From assembly GCA_963665845.2 (NCBI GenBank), contig OY762492.1:2208001-2272000 (forward strand): a stretch of 64,000 nt of DNA. Reading direction: 5' to 3'. Origin of the DNA: Candidatus Poribacteria bacterium. GTDB lineage: Bacteria; Poribacteria; WGA-4E; GCA-2687025. Shown here piece after piece: positions 1 through 10,175 of the stretch; the first letter of the stretch is position 1; each line of letters opens with the position of its first letter. Made by a program: the position numbers and the translations under genes. The notes under the pieces were generated by a model, which made no database searches, was not told the origin of the DNA, and saw only the letters and a list, made by a program, of their open reading frames with translations.

Positions 1-1
1 C

Positions 2-379
2 GCAGTTGGCAATTTGTTGAAGTTTCTTGCAAACGATAACGGTATGTTTTTCATCGCAGAGTTCGGGCATGATAAGTTGTCGGAAAAAAGTAATAAACGT
101 GATATTGTGTATATTCGAGTCGCGCCTTTTATTTTGCTTCCTGCTGACGCTTACAGAATTGAAAATCTTGGCACAGGGCAAGTTCGCCTCAATTACACGG
201 TCAGTCAAGTTTGGGATGAGATCGATTGGAGTCGAGACCTTGTCCAATTTTATGACCTGTTTATAGGGCTCGCTATTCAGCATTACAGGCGAGTTAGCCG
301 CGACGCATTTCATCGAATCGAAGCGCTGGAGAACTTCAAGGAAAGCGGGTACCAAAATTTCTCATTCAACAGACGCTAA
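2..379 (+). CDS. C-terminal part of an AT-rich protein running in from the window edge; possibly the restriction endonuclease partner of the downstream MTase
   Basis: Frame is open from base 2 to TAA at 377-379, is AT-rich and abuts a methyltransferase gene; no diagnostic motif is visible. Confidence 0.45.
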   Translation, partial: AVGNLLKFLANDNGMFFIAEFGHDKLSEKSNKRDIVYIRVAPFILLPADAYRIENLGTGQVRLNYTVSQVWDEIDWSRDLVQFYDLFIGLAIQHYRRVSRDAFHRIEALENFKESGYQNFSFNRR

Positions 380-401
380 AATCGGGCAGGTCTTTACGCC
401 G

Positions 402-1856
402 TTGAAATGGGCAGAATGGCTCATCAACGCATGGGGTGTTTTTGATGCATGGATGGATGGCGCGCATGTTTGCGACCCGACCGCGGGGCAGGGCGCGTTT
501 GCCGTTGCAATGCTTCGTCTGGCGCGGCGCAGAGGAGCGTCCATTACGCCCGAACGTCTTTCGCGTCTAACGCTCATAGAGAAATATCCCTCGCATCTTG
601 AGCGGTTTGCGGGAAATGTCAGGCGCGAGTTTGGAGTCGACTTTCCGACCTCCCAGCTCTACTGCAAAGATATAATTCTGGACGCGCATGAAGAAAAATA
701 CGATGCGCTCATCGGCAACCCGCCATGGGCAAACTTCACGGATTTGCCCGCCGAATACAAAAAGCGTGTCAAGCCTTTCTTTCTCATGGAAGGTCTTGTC
801 CCGAACAAACAAAAAATGCTCTTGGGATCGTCTCGGATCGATATAGCGGCGCTGATACTGAAGGTTGTATTGGGAAGACTGCTCAAAAAGAACGGACTGG
901 GATGTTTCTATCTTCCAACCTCGCTCTTTTTTGGCGACGACGCTCATAGCGGATTTAGAAACTACAAGGCGCGGCGTTCAAGGAACGCTGTCGGCGCGCA
1001 TCGACATTTTGCGGTGGAGACCGTCTATGAGTTTACGGCTTCGAAAGTGTTTGAGGGGATCGGAACATCGTACTGCTGCGCAAGCATTCGAGTGGACCGT
1101 CCGCAGACGTTTCCGGTTTCGTATTTCAGAGAGTTAGAAGGCAAATGGGTTGAACATAAGGCGCAGCCGCTTAAAGGCGCTACAGATCCATGGCGGGTTG
1201 CGCGAAATATCCATGAGTTGGAGATCGGCGCGCCGCTTGAATTGAGGCTTCCGCCGGAACAAAAACCTCGGCAAGGCGTCAACACATGCGGATCGAACAG
1301 CGTTTTTCTATTCAATGCCAAGCCGACGCATCTTCCAGATCGATTTCTTTACCCGCTTGCAACGAAAGAGCTCTGGCGTCAACAGACGCTGTTTCCCCGC
1401 AAGTGGATACTGCTGCCGTATGATCCGCACACCGGCAAGCCGCTCACATGGGCGCAAATCGATCAGCATGGCTCCTTAAGGGAACACTTGAAGAAAGCCC
1501 AAGAAATCCTGCAGGCGCGCAAGGGAACATTTCTGCGCGCCGCAATGAAGAGAGGGCATTGGTGGACGCTGCTGGGCGTCGGACCCTATGCGTTTGCGCC
1601 TTTCAAAGTGATTTGGGAAGCATACGGAAAAAGCCAGTTCAACCCGATCGCGCTAGACAATGTAGATGGGCAGGCGTGGCAGGGCAACCAGTCCATGCAT
1701 GCCTTTATTCCGTGCTGGACAAAACGCGACGCGCAACGGATTAAAACGGAGCTTGAGAAACCCGAAATCACGGCTATATTGCGGCAGCTGGGCGGAGCAG
1801 GCAAACGCAATTGGGCGCAGCCTGGCAAGATAAAGAAAATTCTTGCGCTTGAATAG
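402..1856 (+). CDS. N6-adenine DNA methyltransferase (gamma class)
   Basis: Motif I DPTAGQGAF, motif IV GNPPW; motif X GQVFTP is in frame just upstream (384-401), so the true start is probably before 402. Confidence 0.85.
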   Translation: MKWAEWLINAWGVFDAWMDGAHVCDPTAGQGAFAVAMLRLARRRGASITPERLSRLTLIEKYPSHLERFAGNVRREFGVDFPTSQLYCKDIILDAHEEKYDALIGNPPWANFTDLPAEYKKRVKPFFLMEGLVPNKQKMLLGSSRIDIAALILKVVLGRLLKKNGLGCFYLPTSLFFGDDAHSGFRNYKARRSRNAVGAHRHFAVETVYEFTASKVFEGIGTSYCCASIRVDRPQTFPVSYFRELEGKWVEHKAQPLKGATDPWRVARNIHELEIGAPLELRLPPEQKPRQGVNTCGSNSVFLFNAKPTHLPDRFLYPLATKELWRQQTLFPRKWILLPYDPHTGKPLTWAQIDQHGSLREHLKKAQEILQARKGTFLRAAMKRGHWWTLLGVGPYAFAPFKVIWEAYGKSQFNPIALDNVDGQAWQGNQSMHAFIPCWTKRDAQRIKTELEKPEITAILRQLGGAGKRNWAQPGKIKKILALE

Positions 1857-2044
1857 GTTTGTCTTCTACGGGCAGTACATACAGGCGATAATTTTGATTT
1901 TTAGAGCGCCGTTTTGGAAGGCGAAGGCTCTCTGAGAAAACTCTGGATTCCCGCTTGCGCGGGAATGACGTCAGGCGGCGCCGACGCTTTAGGGTCAAAA
2001 AATGAAATTCATCGCATGGGCGTACCAGCGCTGTCATAAAACGT

Positions 2045-2073
2045 TTGCGCCCGCCTCCCCGCTTTGCTATACT
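2045..2073 (+). promoter_or_regulatory. Putative sigma70 promoter with extended -10
   Basis: TTGCGC-17 nt-TATACT with TGn before the -10, 38 nt upstream of ATG 2111. Confidence 0.5.
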
Positions 2074-2110
2074 GGGCGCATAAACCTACGACACACGCGG
2101 AGAAATGTAG

Positions 2111-2899
2111 ATGGCGCGATTGCCAATTGGACTTCAACTGTACTCGGTGCGGCATGACTTTGCCAACGACCCGCGCGGAACGCTCAAAGCGGTCGCGGAG
2201 ATGGGCTACGAGGGCGTCGAATTCGCCGGCGACCCGCCCATCGGTCAAGAGGGCGCCGCCGAGGAACTGAAAGCGCATCTGGACGAATTCGGCTTGAAAT
2301 GCTGCGGATGGCACACCCCTTACCACCGCGTCGACGACGACCAGATCGACGACACGATCGCCTTCAACAAAACGCTCGACAACAAATACGTCATCGTGCC
2401 GGGCATCCCCGGCAACCTGCGCCAATCGCGGGACGACTGGCTCAAGCTGGCGGTTCATTTCAACAAGGTCGCCGACCGACTCGCCAAGGACGGCATGGTC
2501 ACAGGCTACCATAACCACAGCATCGAGTTTCAGGAGCTGGACGGCGAGCTGCCGTGGGACACGTTCTTCGGCGCGACGAACGACGGCGTCGTCATGCAGC
2601 TGGACATCGGCAACGCCATGTCGGGCGGCGGAGAGGTGGTCAAGGCGCTGACCGACTACCCAGGACGCGCGCTGACGGTTCACCTGAAACCGTACTCTCC
2701 CTCCTTGGCCAAAGAGGGGCATGGGGCCGCCTTTGGACCTGTCATCGGGCAGGACGAAGCGCCGTGGGATGAAATCTTCCGCCTCTGCGAATCGTCCGCC
2801 GGGACGGAATGGTACATCGTCGAATATGAAAGCAACGCTTATCCGCCGCTTGAAGCGGTCGAACGGTGCCTGAAAGCGCTCAAAGAGATGGGCAAGTGA
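2111..2899 (+). CDS. Sugar phosphate isomerase/epimerase (xylose isomerase-like TIM barrel)
   Basis: IGLQLYSVR, GYEGVEFAG, YHNHSIEF, QLDIG, VHLK, YIVEYE motifs. Confidence 0.9.
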   Translation: MARLPIGLQLYSVRHDFANDPRGTLKAVAEMGYEGVEFAGDPPIGQEGAAEELKAHLDEFGLKCCGWHTPYHRVDDDQIDDTIAFNKTLDNKYVIVPGIPGNLRQSRDDWLKLAVHFNKVADRLAKDGMVTGYHNHSIEFQELDGELPWDTFFGATNDGVVMQLDIGNAMSGGGEVVKALTDYPGRALTVHLKPYSPSLAKEGHGAAFGPVIGQDEAPWDEIFRLCESSAGTEWYIVEYESNAYPPLEAVERCLKALKEMGK

Positions 2900-2902
2900 T
2901 CC

Positions 2903-3967
2903 ATGAAAACGCAAACGGGCGTCATTGACGCGGACGCGCACAATTACATCAACTCGATGGAGGACCTGCTGCCGTATCTGTCGGAGCGGTGGCGAACCTA
3001 TGTGCGCAGCTCCGGCATGCAGATGCCGCCCGTGTCGCACCTGCCGAAGCTGTATGAGTTGGCGGCGAGGCGCGACGCCTGGCCGCCCGGCGGCGGAAAA
3101 CCCGGCTCCGACCCCGACTTCATGCGCGAGCAGCTTCTGGACGCCTGGCAAATAGACGCCGCGGTTTTGAACCCGCTCGTCGGCGTGTCAGGCATACGGA
3201 ACCTGGACCTCGCCAACGCTGTCATGCGCGCCGTCAACGAATGGGTCGAGGATGTGTGGTTCTCGGCGGATGAACGGTGGCATGCCTCCATCACGGTCAA
3301 CGCATACGACGCGGAAGCGTCCGCCGCCGAAATACGCCGCGCGGCGCAGAACAGGCGGTTCAATCAGGTTCTGCTGCTGGTACGCTCCCATGCGCCGTAT
3401 GGACGGCGGGAGTTCCGCCCCATCTTTGAGGCGGCAGCCGATATGGACATACCGGTCGGCATACATTTCGGCGGCGGGACGGGCAATCCGATCACCGCCG
3501 CCGGCTGGCCTTCGTATTATATCGAAGACCATACCGGAATGACGCAGGCGTTTGAGGCGCAGCTGATTAGCCTTGTGTGCGAGGGGGTGTTTCAAAGCAT
3601 GCCTTCAACGCGGGTCTGTCTCATTGAGGGCGGGTTTGCGTGGCTGCCGGCGCTCATGTGGCGGCTTGACAAGAACTACCGCGGGCTGCGCAGCGAGGTG
3701 CCATGGCTGACCGAGTTTCCAAGCGAGATCATACGGCGCCATTTCGCCGCGACGACGCAGCCGATGGAGGAGCCGGAGGACCCCGCCTATCTGCTGGACA
3801 TCTTCAAGATGCTCGACTGCGATCGGTTTCTGCTGTTTGCGACCGACTATCCGCACTGGGATTTTGACGCGCCCGACAAGGCGATTCCAAGCGTGGTGCC
3901 GGACGATCTGCGTCAAAAAATCATGCGCGGCAACGCCCTGAAGTTTTATGCGTTCCAGAACCTTTGA
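2903..3967 (+). CDS. Amidohydrolase family 2 protein
   Basis: IDADAH metal motif, LIEGGFAW, FATDYPHWDFD. Confidence 0.9.
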   Translation: MKTQTGVIDADAHNYINSMEDLLPYLSERWRTYVRSSGMQMPPVSHLPKLYELAARRDAWPPGGGKPGSDPDFMREQLLDAWQIDAAVLNPLVGVSGIRNLDLANAVMRAVNEWVEDVWFSADERWHASITVNAYDAEASAAEIRRAAQNRRFNQVLLLVRSHAPYGRREFRPIFEAAADMDIPVGIHFGGGTGNPITAAGWPSYYIEDHTGMTQAFEAQLISLVCEGVFQSMPSTRVCLIEGGFAWLPALMWRLDKNYRGLRSEVPWLTEFPSEIIRRHFAATTQPMEEPEDPAYLLDIFKMLDCDRFLLFATDYPHWDFDAPDKAIPSVVPDDLRQKIMRGNALKFYAFQNL

Positions 3968-4331
3968 CATCGGGTCGGCGGAGGAGTTTCCGATGGGCGA
4001 ACCGCGGCGCGTCATGGTGAACGGGCGGGCGTTGGCGGTGGTGCGTCAGCCGAACGCGATCTACGCGGCGCGCGACATCTGCCCGCATCAAGGCGCGCGG
4101 CTCTCGGACGGACACGCGACCGGGACGGCGCTGCCATGCCTGCCCGGCGAGGAGATCGTCTTCGGAAAAATCGGCGAGATACTGGTCTGCCCATGGCACG
4201 GCTGGGAGTACGACCTGCGCACTGGACGCGCGCTCATCAACCCAGACAAAATACGCATACGAACCTACCCCGCGCGCATCGAGAACGGACGCGCCTTAGT
4301 AGAGATGCGTGTTGTACCTAAAAGAGATTGA
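3948..4331 (+). CDS. Rieske [2Fe-2S] ferredoxin
   Basis: CPHQG...CPWHGWEYDL; overlaps the amidohydrolase stop. Confidence 0.9.
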   Translation: MRSRTFDIGSAEEFPMGEPRRVMVNGRALAVVRQPNAIYAARDICPHQGARLSDGHATGTALPCLPGEEIVFGKIGEILVCPWHGWEYDLRTGRALINPDKIRIRTYPARIENGRALVEMRVVPKRD

Positions 4332-4456
4332 GCTTGACCGTCAAAACGTTATTCCCGCAATTCACCTCCTCGTCATTCCCGCGTAAGCGGGAATCTTAGG
4401 CGTCGCAGACGCCGTAAAATGCATCGCAAGCAGCCGCTGTCAATGTAAGGAGCGTC

Positions 4457-5317
4457 ATGATTTTTGGAAACGGCAACCATCGATACGAGTTTCAAGAGGG
4501 CTGGGGACAACTGCCCGACGGAGAAGAATGGGGCGAAACGATCGGCGTCGCCTGCGATTCGCAAGACCGCGTCTATGTGTTCGCGCGCGGCGAACGCCCG
4601 TTGACCGTCTTTGAACCTGACGGAACCTTCATCGCCGAATGGGGAGCCGGGCTGTTCGAGTCGCCACACGGCATTTACATCGATCCCGACGACTGCGTCT
4701 ATTGCGCCGATATGGGCGTTCATGCGCTGTTCAAGTTCGACCCGAACGGACGGCTCATTCAGACGCTCGGAACGCCGGGGACGCCGAACGACGGCAAGCC
4801 GTTCCATATGGTGACCGACTGCGCAATGAACGCGGACGGCGACCTGTTCGTCTCGGACGGGTACGGCAATCGGCGCGTCCACAGGTTCAGCCCGTCGGGC
4901 GAGCTGCTGCATTCATGGGGCGAAGACGGAGACGGACCGGGGCAGTTCAAACTGGTGCATAATGTGCGCATCGACCGCGAGGGGCATGTCTGGGTGTGCG
5001 ACCGCCCAAATCGGCGCATACAGATCTTTGACCAGGACGGGAATTATCTGCGCGAAATCGGCGGTCTGGCGCAGCCCGACACCGTCTTTTTTGATCCGGT
5101 TGAGGATCTGTTTTACCTCGCCGAGCTGGAGTTCAGGGTGAGCGTCCGGTCGCTTGACGGCGGTGTCATTGCCCAGTGGGGCGGCGAGAAAAGCGACCGC
5201 CCCGGCGAATTTTCAGGATGGCCGCACGGCATCTGGGTCGACTCGCAGGGCAGCCTGTATGTGACGCAAGCGCGGACGCAAAACAAGGTACAGAAATACC
5301 GCCGCCTCAAGCCGTGA
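4457..5317 (+). CDS. NHL-repeat beta-propeller protein (peptidyl-alpha-hydroxyglycine amidating lyase-like)
   Basis: Repeated PHGIxxD, VSDGYGNRRV, DRxNRRIQIFD units; AAGGAG RBS. Confidence 0.85.
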   Translation: MIFGNGNHRYEFQEGWGQLPDGEEWGETIGVACDSQDRVYVFARGERPLTVFEPDGTFIAEWGAGLFESPHGIYIDPDDCVYCADMGVHALFKFDPNGRLIQTLGTPGTPNDGKPFHMVTDCAMNADGDLFVSDGYGNRRVHRFSPSGELLHSWGEDGDGPGQFKLVHNVRIDREGHVWVCDRPNRRIQIFDQDGNYLREIGGLAQPDTVFFDPVEDLFYLAELEFRVSVRSLDGGVIAQWGGEKSDRPGEFSGWPHGIWVDSQGSLYVTQARTQNKVQKYRRLKP

Positions 5318-5321
5318 CGAC

Positions 5322-5505
5322 TGACCGCTTAAAGTTGAGACCGGTGAACGAACAAAGCCTTTATTCATGCGAAAAAAGCGTCGCCAACCAAATCGTCCCC
5401 CGCTTCCGCGAGGACATGCATTCCCGCGTAAGCGGGAATCCAGAGGCGCCGCAGACGACGTCCGCGACCGCCCGCCGGCATGTCCCAACTAAAGACGTAA
5501 GGTCA
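5322..5505. repeat. MITE-like element family 1 copy
   Basis: Imperfect terminal inverted repeats (TGACC..AAAGTTGAGAC / TGTCCCAACT..GGTCA) around an ATTCCC-N8-GGGAAT palindrome; reverse copy of 31047-31234. Confidence 0.65.
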
Positions 5506-5534
5506 GCATGCTTAAAGTTGGGACAGGCTGAAAT

Positions 5535-6284
5535 CTACCAGAGTCGCCCTTTGAGGCGGTTGTGTATCATCTCGCAATAGGACGGGTTTATTTCAAAAGC
5601 GTAGCAGCGCCTGCCGTTTAACAGGCATGCTTCAATCGTTGTTCCAGAGCCGGCGAACGGGTCCAATACGGCGCCGTTTTTCGGGCAGCTGGATTTGACC
5701 ATTCGTTCGATGATTTCTAACGGCTTTTGCGTCGGGTGGTCTTCGCGCTCTCTGTGCAGTTTGTGCAACCGAGAGACGCTCCAAACATCTTTCGGGTTAT
5801 GCCCCAGCTCAAGCCATTTGCTCCCGACAAATCTAGATCGGGTTCTCGCTTTTTTCGTTTCCGGATCGTAAGGGATTCTGACCGAATCCAGATCAAAAAA
5901 GTATTTTTTGCTTTTCGCAAAGAAGCCGATGGTGTCATGGACGGATGAAAATTTACGGGTGGAGCCGCCCATGCTTGGAACTCTGCGATCCCAGATAATC
6001 TCATTGACCATGATCATTTTCGTTTTGATAAAGGAGAAAATTTCGGGCGAGTACTTCCAAGTGGTGAAAATATACAGACTGCCGGCGCTTTTCAGTTTGG
6101 GCAGGACTGCCGTTATCCACGCTTTTGTCCATTGAAGAAAGTCGTCGGGATTCATTTTGTCCGACAAATTCCCAAAATCTTTGCCAAGACCGTAAGGCGG
6201 ATCCGCGACGACCAAATCGATGGAATTGTCGGCGATGCGGTCCATTCCAACCAAGACGTCTTCGTTATACAGGTCATATTTCAT
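5535..6284 (-). CDS. Site-specific DNA methyltransferase (N4/N6, beta class), solitary
   Basis: DPPY, HPTQKP, VLDPFAGSGTT. Confidence 0.92.
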   Translation of the reverse strand: MKYDLYNEDVLVGMDRIADNSIDLVVADPPYGLGKDFGNLSDKMNPDDFLQWTKAWITAVLPKLKSAGSLYIFTTWKYSPEIFSFIKTKMIMVNEIIWDRRVPSMGGSTRKFSSVHDTIGFFAKSKKYFFDLDSVRIPYDPETKKARTRSRFVGSKWLELGHNPKDVWSVSRLHKLHREREDHPTQKPLEIIERMVKSSCPKNGAVLDPFAGSGTTIEACLLNGRRCYAFEINPSYCEMIHNRLKGRLW

Positions 6285-6313
6285 GACAGCGCAACGCCCC
6301 TTGATTCCATGCT

Positions 6314-6479
6314 GTCTCTACAGGCGGCGATATTCATTTTGCGCGGCGGCCCGCCCATTCAAACCGTCCCCCGCTTACGCGAGGACATGCATTCCCGCGC
6401 AAGCGGGAATCCAGAGTTTTCCTAGACAGCCTCCGCATTCTAAAACGGCTTTAAAATCAAAGCCATCGCCTATAGAGAC
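6314..6479. repeat. MITE-like element family 2 copy
   Basis: GTCTCTACAGGCG...CGCCTATAGAGAC inverted ends with an internal palindrome; reverse copy at 33460-33627. Confidence 0.6.
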
Positions 6480-6541
6480 TATCGTATGAGCATACCCTTG
6501 GCATGTCTTCGCATAAGCGGGAGCGAATGACGCGACCCGTA

Positions 6542-6569
6542 TTGCCAACGCAGTCCGCCTGTGTATAAT
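6542..6569 (+). promoter_or_regulatory. Putative sigma70 promoter
   Basis: TTGCCA-16 nt-TATAAT upstream of the isochorismatase-family gene. Confidence 0.5.
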
Positions 6570-6625
6570 AACAGCGGCGGCGCAAGGGAGCGTCTATGCC
6601 CAGGCGAAAGCGACAGGAGAGCCGT

Positions 6626-7396
6626 ATGAAAAATCCAACGCAGCCGCAATTGAGACCCGTCCAGAAGGAGCGGCTGAATGTCCAGCTTCGAACGCGGTTT
6701 CAGCCGTATAAAGGCGTTGACGAATGGCGCGAAACGTTCATCCCCGCGGCGTTAGAGACCGACAAAACGGCGCTCCTGCTCTGCGATGTCTGGAACAAGC
6801 ACTGGTGCGACGGCGCGACGGAGCGCCTAAACGCCATGATACCGCGCATGAACCGCCTCGCGGAGAGCCTGCGCAGCCGCGGCGTTCAGATTGTCCATGC
6901 CCCCTCGGACACGATGGATTTTTATGAGGACGCGCCGCAGCGTCAACGCGCCGCTCTCGCGCCTCCTGTTGAACCGCCTGAACCGCTTGACCTGACCGAC
7001 CCGCCGCTCCCCATTGACGACTCGGACGGCGGATGCGAACTTGACCAAGAGCCGTATAAAGCGTGGCACCGCCAGCATGAAGGCATCGAGATCGCCGAAA
7101 TGGACGCGCTCTCCGACAACGGACATGAGGTGTACAGCCTCTTCGCCCAGCTCGGCATCGATACGATGCTCATCATGGGCGTCCACACGAACATGTGCGT
7201 CCTAGGGCGCTCCTTTTCGATACGCCAGATGACGCGCTGGGGGGTGAAGGTCGCGCTCGTCCGCGACCTGACCGACGCGATGTACAACCCCGCCATGCGC
7301 CCGTTCGTCTCGCATGACGAGGGGACGGAGCTGGTCATTCAGCATATCGAAAAACACTGGTGTCCGACGGTTCACAGCGAAGAGCTGTTCAAATGA
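6626..7396 (+). CDS. Isochorismatase/cysteine hydrolase family protein
   Basis: TALLLCDVW, GVHTNMCV, VRDLTD; AGGAG RBS before ATG 6626 (ORF track starts it at 6596). Confidence 0.85.
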   Translation: MKNPTQPQLRPVQKERLNVQLRTRFQPYKGVDEWRETFIPAALETDKTALLLCDVWNKHWCDGATERLNAMIPRMNRLAESLRSRGVQIVHAPSDTMDFYEDAPQRQRAALAPPVEPPEPLDLTDPPLPIDDSDGGCELDQEPYKAWHRQHEGIEIAEMDALSDNGHEVYSLFAQLGIDTMLIMGVHTNMCVLGRSFSIRQMTRWGVKVALVRDLTDAMYNPAMRPFVSHDEGTELVIQHIEKHWCPTVHSEELFK

Positions 7397-9033
7397 GGCG
7401 GCGTCTGTTTGCCGTCAGCGTTCTCGCTTTAACGGCGCTGTCTGCGGCGCGCGGTTCGGAGACGCATGCGCTGTTTTTGAACGCGGCGCGGCTTCCAGAG
7501 AACGAGGCTGAAAACGCTGTCCGTCAACAGATAAAGCAGCTTCAAAACACGCTGGCGGAAACGGCGCGGATTTCCCTTGACCGCCAAACCGCGCCCGACG
7601 ATCAGCCTTTAACAAAGGAACGCATACAACGCGAACTGCAGAACCTGTCGATTCGAACGCCGAAGGGAGGGCGCGCTGTCGTCTATCTGCGCGCCTACGC
7701 TGCTAAAATAGGCGGCGGACATCTACAAATGTACCCCGCCGGCTCCGATCCTGCCGTTCCCGTTGACGAACAGCCGGGCGTCCTGCTGGACACGGAGCTG
7801 AACGCATGGCTCGCCGACTATTTTGAAGGCTCCGAAACGCTGTTGTTTCTAGATCTGATCGCGCCGCAGCCCTCCATTGCTGTCTTTTATACGAACCGCG
7901 TTCAGATCGGAACGAACTCGGTTCATATGATCGTCGGCCGTCCCGTGTCGGCGTCGCTTGCGGGCGTTGCGGCGGCGGTTATGAAACGGCTGGGCGGCGC
8001 GTTGGACGGCAACGACGACCGCGTCATCGACATGGGCGAAATGGCGAACGCGGTTCAAAACGAAGGCAGCGGGCGCGACTGGGCGCGAGACGCCGCCTTC
8101 TCCGGCACCGGCGACGGCGCCTCCGTTCTGTTTGAGCTTCCGTCCGCTGTCATTGTCATCGCCGCGCCGGGCGCGTCGGCGCTCATTGACGGCAAAGAGA
8201 TTGGACCGATCACGGCGCGGTATGAAGCGGAGCCAGGGCGAACCTATCAGGCGGCCGCCGCGAAGGCGGGGTTCCGCGCCGTAGAGCCACTGTCTGTCGC
8301 CGTTTCAAAACCGTACGGCGAGGCGGCTGTAGCGCGGTTTCGTTTGGAGCCGATCCGCATCGACGCGCAGATACGGCTGCCCGTCGGCGAGCAGCCCGAC
8401 ATCCTCACAACGCGGCTGCGCCCCGACGCGGGACTGTTGCGCGAGCTGAACGAAAACGAACGCGCGCGGCTGACGCTCAACAGCGCCGACTACGCCTTGG
8501 AGCTGGGAACCGAATACGATCTTCTCGTCGGGACGCCGGACAATACGCTGTTCGGCGCCGCCCGGTTCGTCTTCGGCGGACATGAGGACATACCGCTGGA
8601 AATACCGCTTGAAAAACGAACCGAATGGCAGGTGGCGCAGATCTATTTTGAGGACGGGTTCCAAGACCATGCGCTCAAAACGGCGGAGAAAGCGCGCGAC
8701 TCGGCGTATGAAATCCCGCCGATGAGCGTTGAGTTCATGACCTTCCTATTCAGCGCCTGGTCAGGGGATGAAACGAACGCGCGCGCCATGATCGGCTGCG
8801 CGCTTCTGTCGTTTTACCTCGGCGAGACGAACGAATCGCGCGGCTACTGGAAAAAAGCGAAAGAAGCAGCCCCCAAAGGAAGCGCCGACCGCGACTTCGC
8901 CTCCGACGGACTCAACTCGGTCGGCGGCGGATGGACGACTTATGCGGTCATACTCGGCTTCTTGACGCTGATCGTTTCCATAACCGTCTCGATGGTCTTG
9001 CGCCATCGGCGGAGACTCAAAGCGTCCCCCTGA
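7393..9033 (+). CDS. Exported, C-terminally anchored protein with degenerate caspase-like and PEGA-like domains
   Basis: ATGA overlap with upstream gene; signal peptide; DGNDDRVIDMGEM loop; PGASALIDGKEIG; C-terminal TM followed by a basic tail. Confidence 0.55.
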   Translation: MRRRLFAVSVLALTALSAARGSETHALFLNAARLPENEAENAVRQQIKQLQNTLAETARISLDRQTAPDDQPLTKERIQRELQNLSIRTPKGGRAVVYLRAYAAKIGGGHLQMYPAGSDPAVPVDEQPGVLLDTELNAWLADYFEGSETLLFLDLIAPQPSIAVFYTNRVQIGTNSVHMIVGRPVSASLAGVAAAVMKRLGGALDGNDDRVIDMGEMANAVQNEGSGRDWARDAAFSGTGDGASVLFELPSAVIVIAAPGASALIDGKEIGPITARYEAEPGRTYQAAAAKAGFRAVEPLSVAVSKPYGEAAVARFRLEPIRIDAQIRLPVGEQPDILTTRLRPDAGLLRELNENERARLTLNSADYALELGTEYDLLVGTPDNTLFGAARFVFGGHEDIPLEIPLEKRTEWQVAQIYFEDGFQDHALKTAEKARDSAYEIPPMSVEFMTFLFSAWSGDETNARAMIGCALLSFYLGETNESRGYWKKAKEAAPKGSADRDFASDGLNSVGGGWTTYAVILGFLTLIVSITVSMVLRHRRRLKASP

Positions 9034-9035
9034 AC

Positions 9036-9170
9036 CGCGCCCCCTCTCCTCGTTCCCCGCTTCCGCGAGGACATGCATTCCCGCGCCCCCTCTCCTCGTT
9101 CCCCGCTTCCGCGAGGACATGCATTCCCGCGCCCCCTCTCCTCGTCATTCCCGCGTAAGCGGGAATCCAG
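9036..9170. repeat. Short tandem repeats of REP-derived units
   Basis: CCGCGCCCCCTCTCCTCGT recurs three times, ending in an ATTCCC-N8-GGGAAT palindrome. Confidence 0.75.
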
Positions 9171-9321
9171 AGTCGATCCCGAAACCGTCTGCGTTCACAA
9201 CCAGAATTGTCCCAGCTCTAAGGGTGAGGTCAGCATGAACCCTTGACGCCCTCCCGCGCGCGCCCCATTTACTCATGGGGCGATGTTCGATGCAACAACC
9301 CCGCTGTTGAATACGTAAACC

Positions 9322-10062
9322 ATGCTGTCCACGTCAGCAGATGAATGCGGGGTTCTTATGACGCATGAGCGCGCTATGAAAATCGTTTTAGAAATGGACA
9401 TCATCGGACCCTCTCACGGGTCTGTCCATGACGACTACGACCGAGTCCGCAGGGCGTTGGACCGGCAGCCCGACGCGGCCGCCGCCCTGAACGCCCTTGA
9501 CCCTTCTCAAATGGAAGAGACGCCTCAAGGCGCCGCCGCGCACCGCGGATGCCATGAAATTTTGCGCCTGTTCATCGAGCGCGGCGTACAAATGGACATC
9601 TTTATGGCTGCCGCCATGTGCAAAGACGACCTCATCCGCGAAACGCTAGACCGCAAACCAGAAGCGGCGAACGCGCTCGGAGCGCACGGAATCCATCTCT
9701 TGAATCATGCGGGAAGCAAAACGACCGCCCGAACGCTCCTGAACCGCGGAAGCGATCCCTGTTATATCGTGTATCTGCCGTGCAGATGGACGCCGGCGCA
9801 TGAAGCGGCGGCGCAGGGCAGGTTGGACATCTTAAAAGAGCTTGCGAGGCATCGCCCCCGCTGTATCGCCGCGGCAAACGGAACGACGCCCCTTCATGCC
9901 GCCGCGCGAGGCGGACATCTCGAAACGGTACGCTGGCTGCTGAATCAAGAGATACACGCCGCCGCTGTCGGGGCGGGAAGTTGCTGGGAAGGAAAAACGC
10001 CGCGCCAATTGGCAGTTGAAAACGGACACTGGGGCGCCGCGGCGCTTTTCAACGCATACTGA
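9322..10062 (+). CDS. Ankyrin-repeat protein
   Basis: TPAHEAAAQG, GTTPLHAAARGGHLETVRWLL, GKTPRQLA. Confidence 0.85.
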   Translation: MLSTSADECGVLMTHERAMKIVLEMDIIGPSHGSVHDDYDRVRRALDRQPDAAAALNALDPSQMEETPQGAAAHRGCHEILRLFIERGVQMDIFMAAAMCKDDLIRETLDRKPEAANALGAHGIHLLNHAGSKTTARTLLNRGSDPCYIVYLPCRWTPAHEAAAQGRLDILKELARHRPRCIAAANGTTPLHAAARGGHLETVRWLLNQEIHAAAVGAGSCWEGKTPRQLAVENGHWGAAALFNAY

Positions 10063-10175
10063 CCGCCGCCTCCGATTCCCCTTGAAAGCCGCCTCCGATT
10101 CCCCCCTTGAAAGCCGCCTCCGATTCCCCCCTTGAAAAGGGGGGCTAGGGGGGTTTAAAGGACGGGCGCGCCGCC

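Noticed and set aside
355-361. A-AAT-TTC slippery heptamer near the end of the first ORF
   Set aside because: A -1 shift does not lead into the MTase frame, which needs +1
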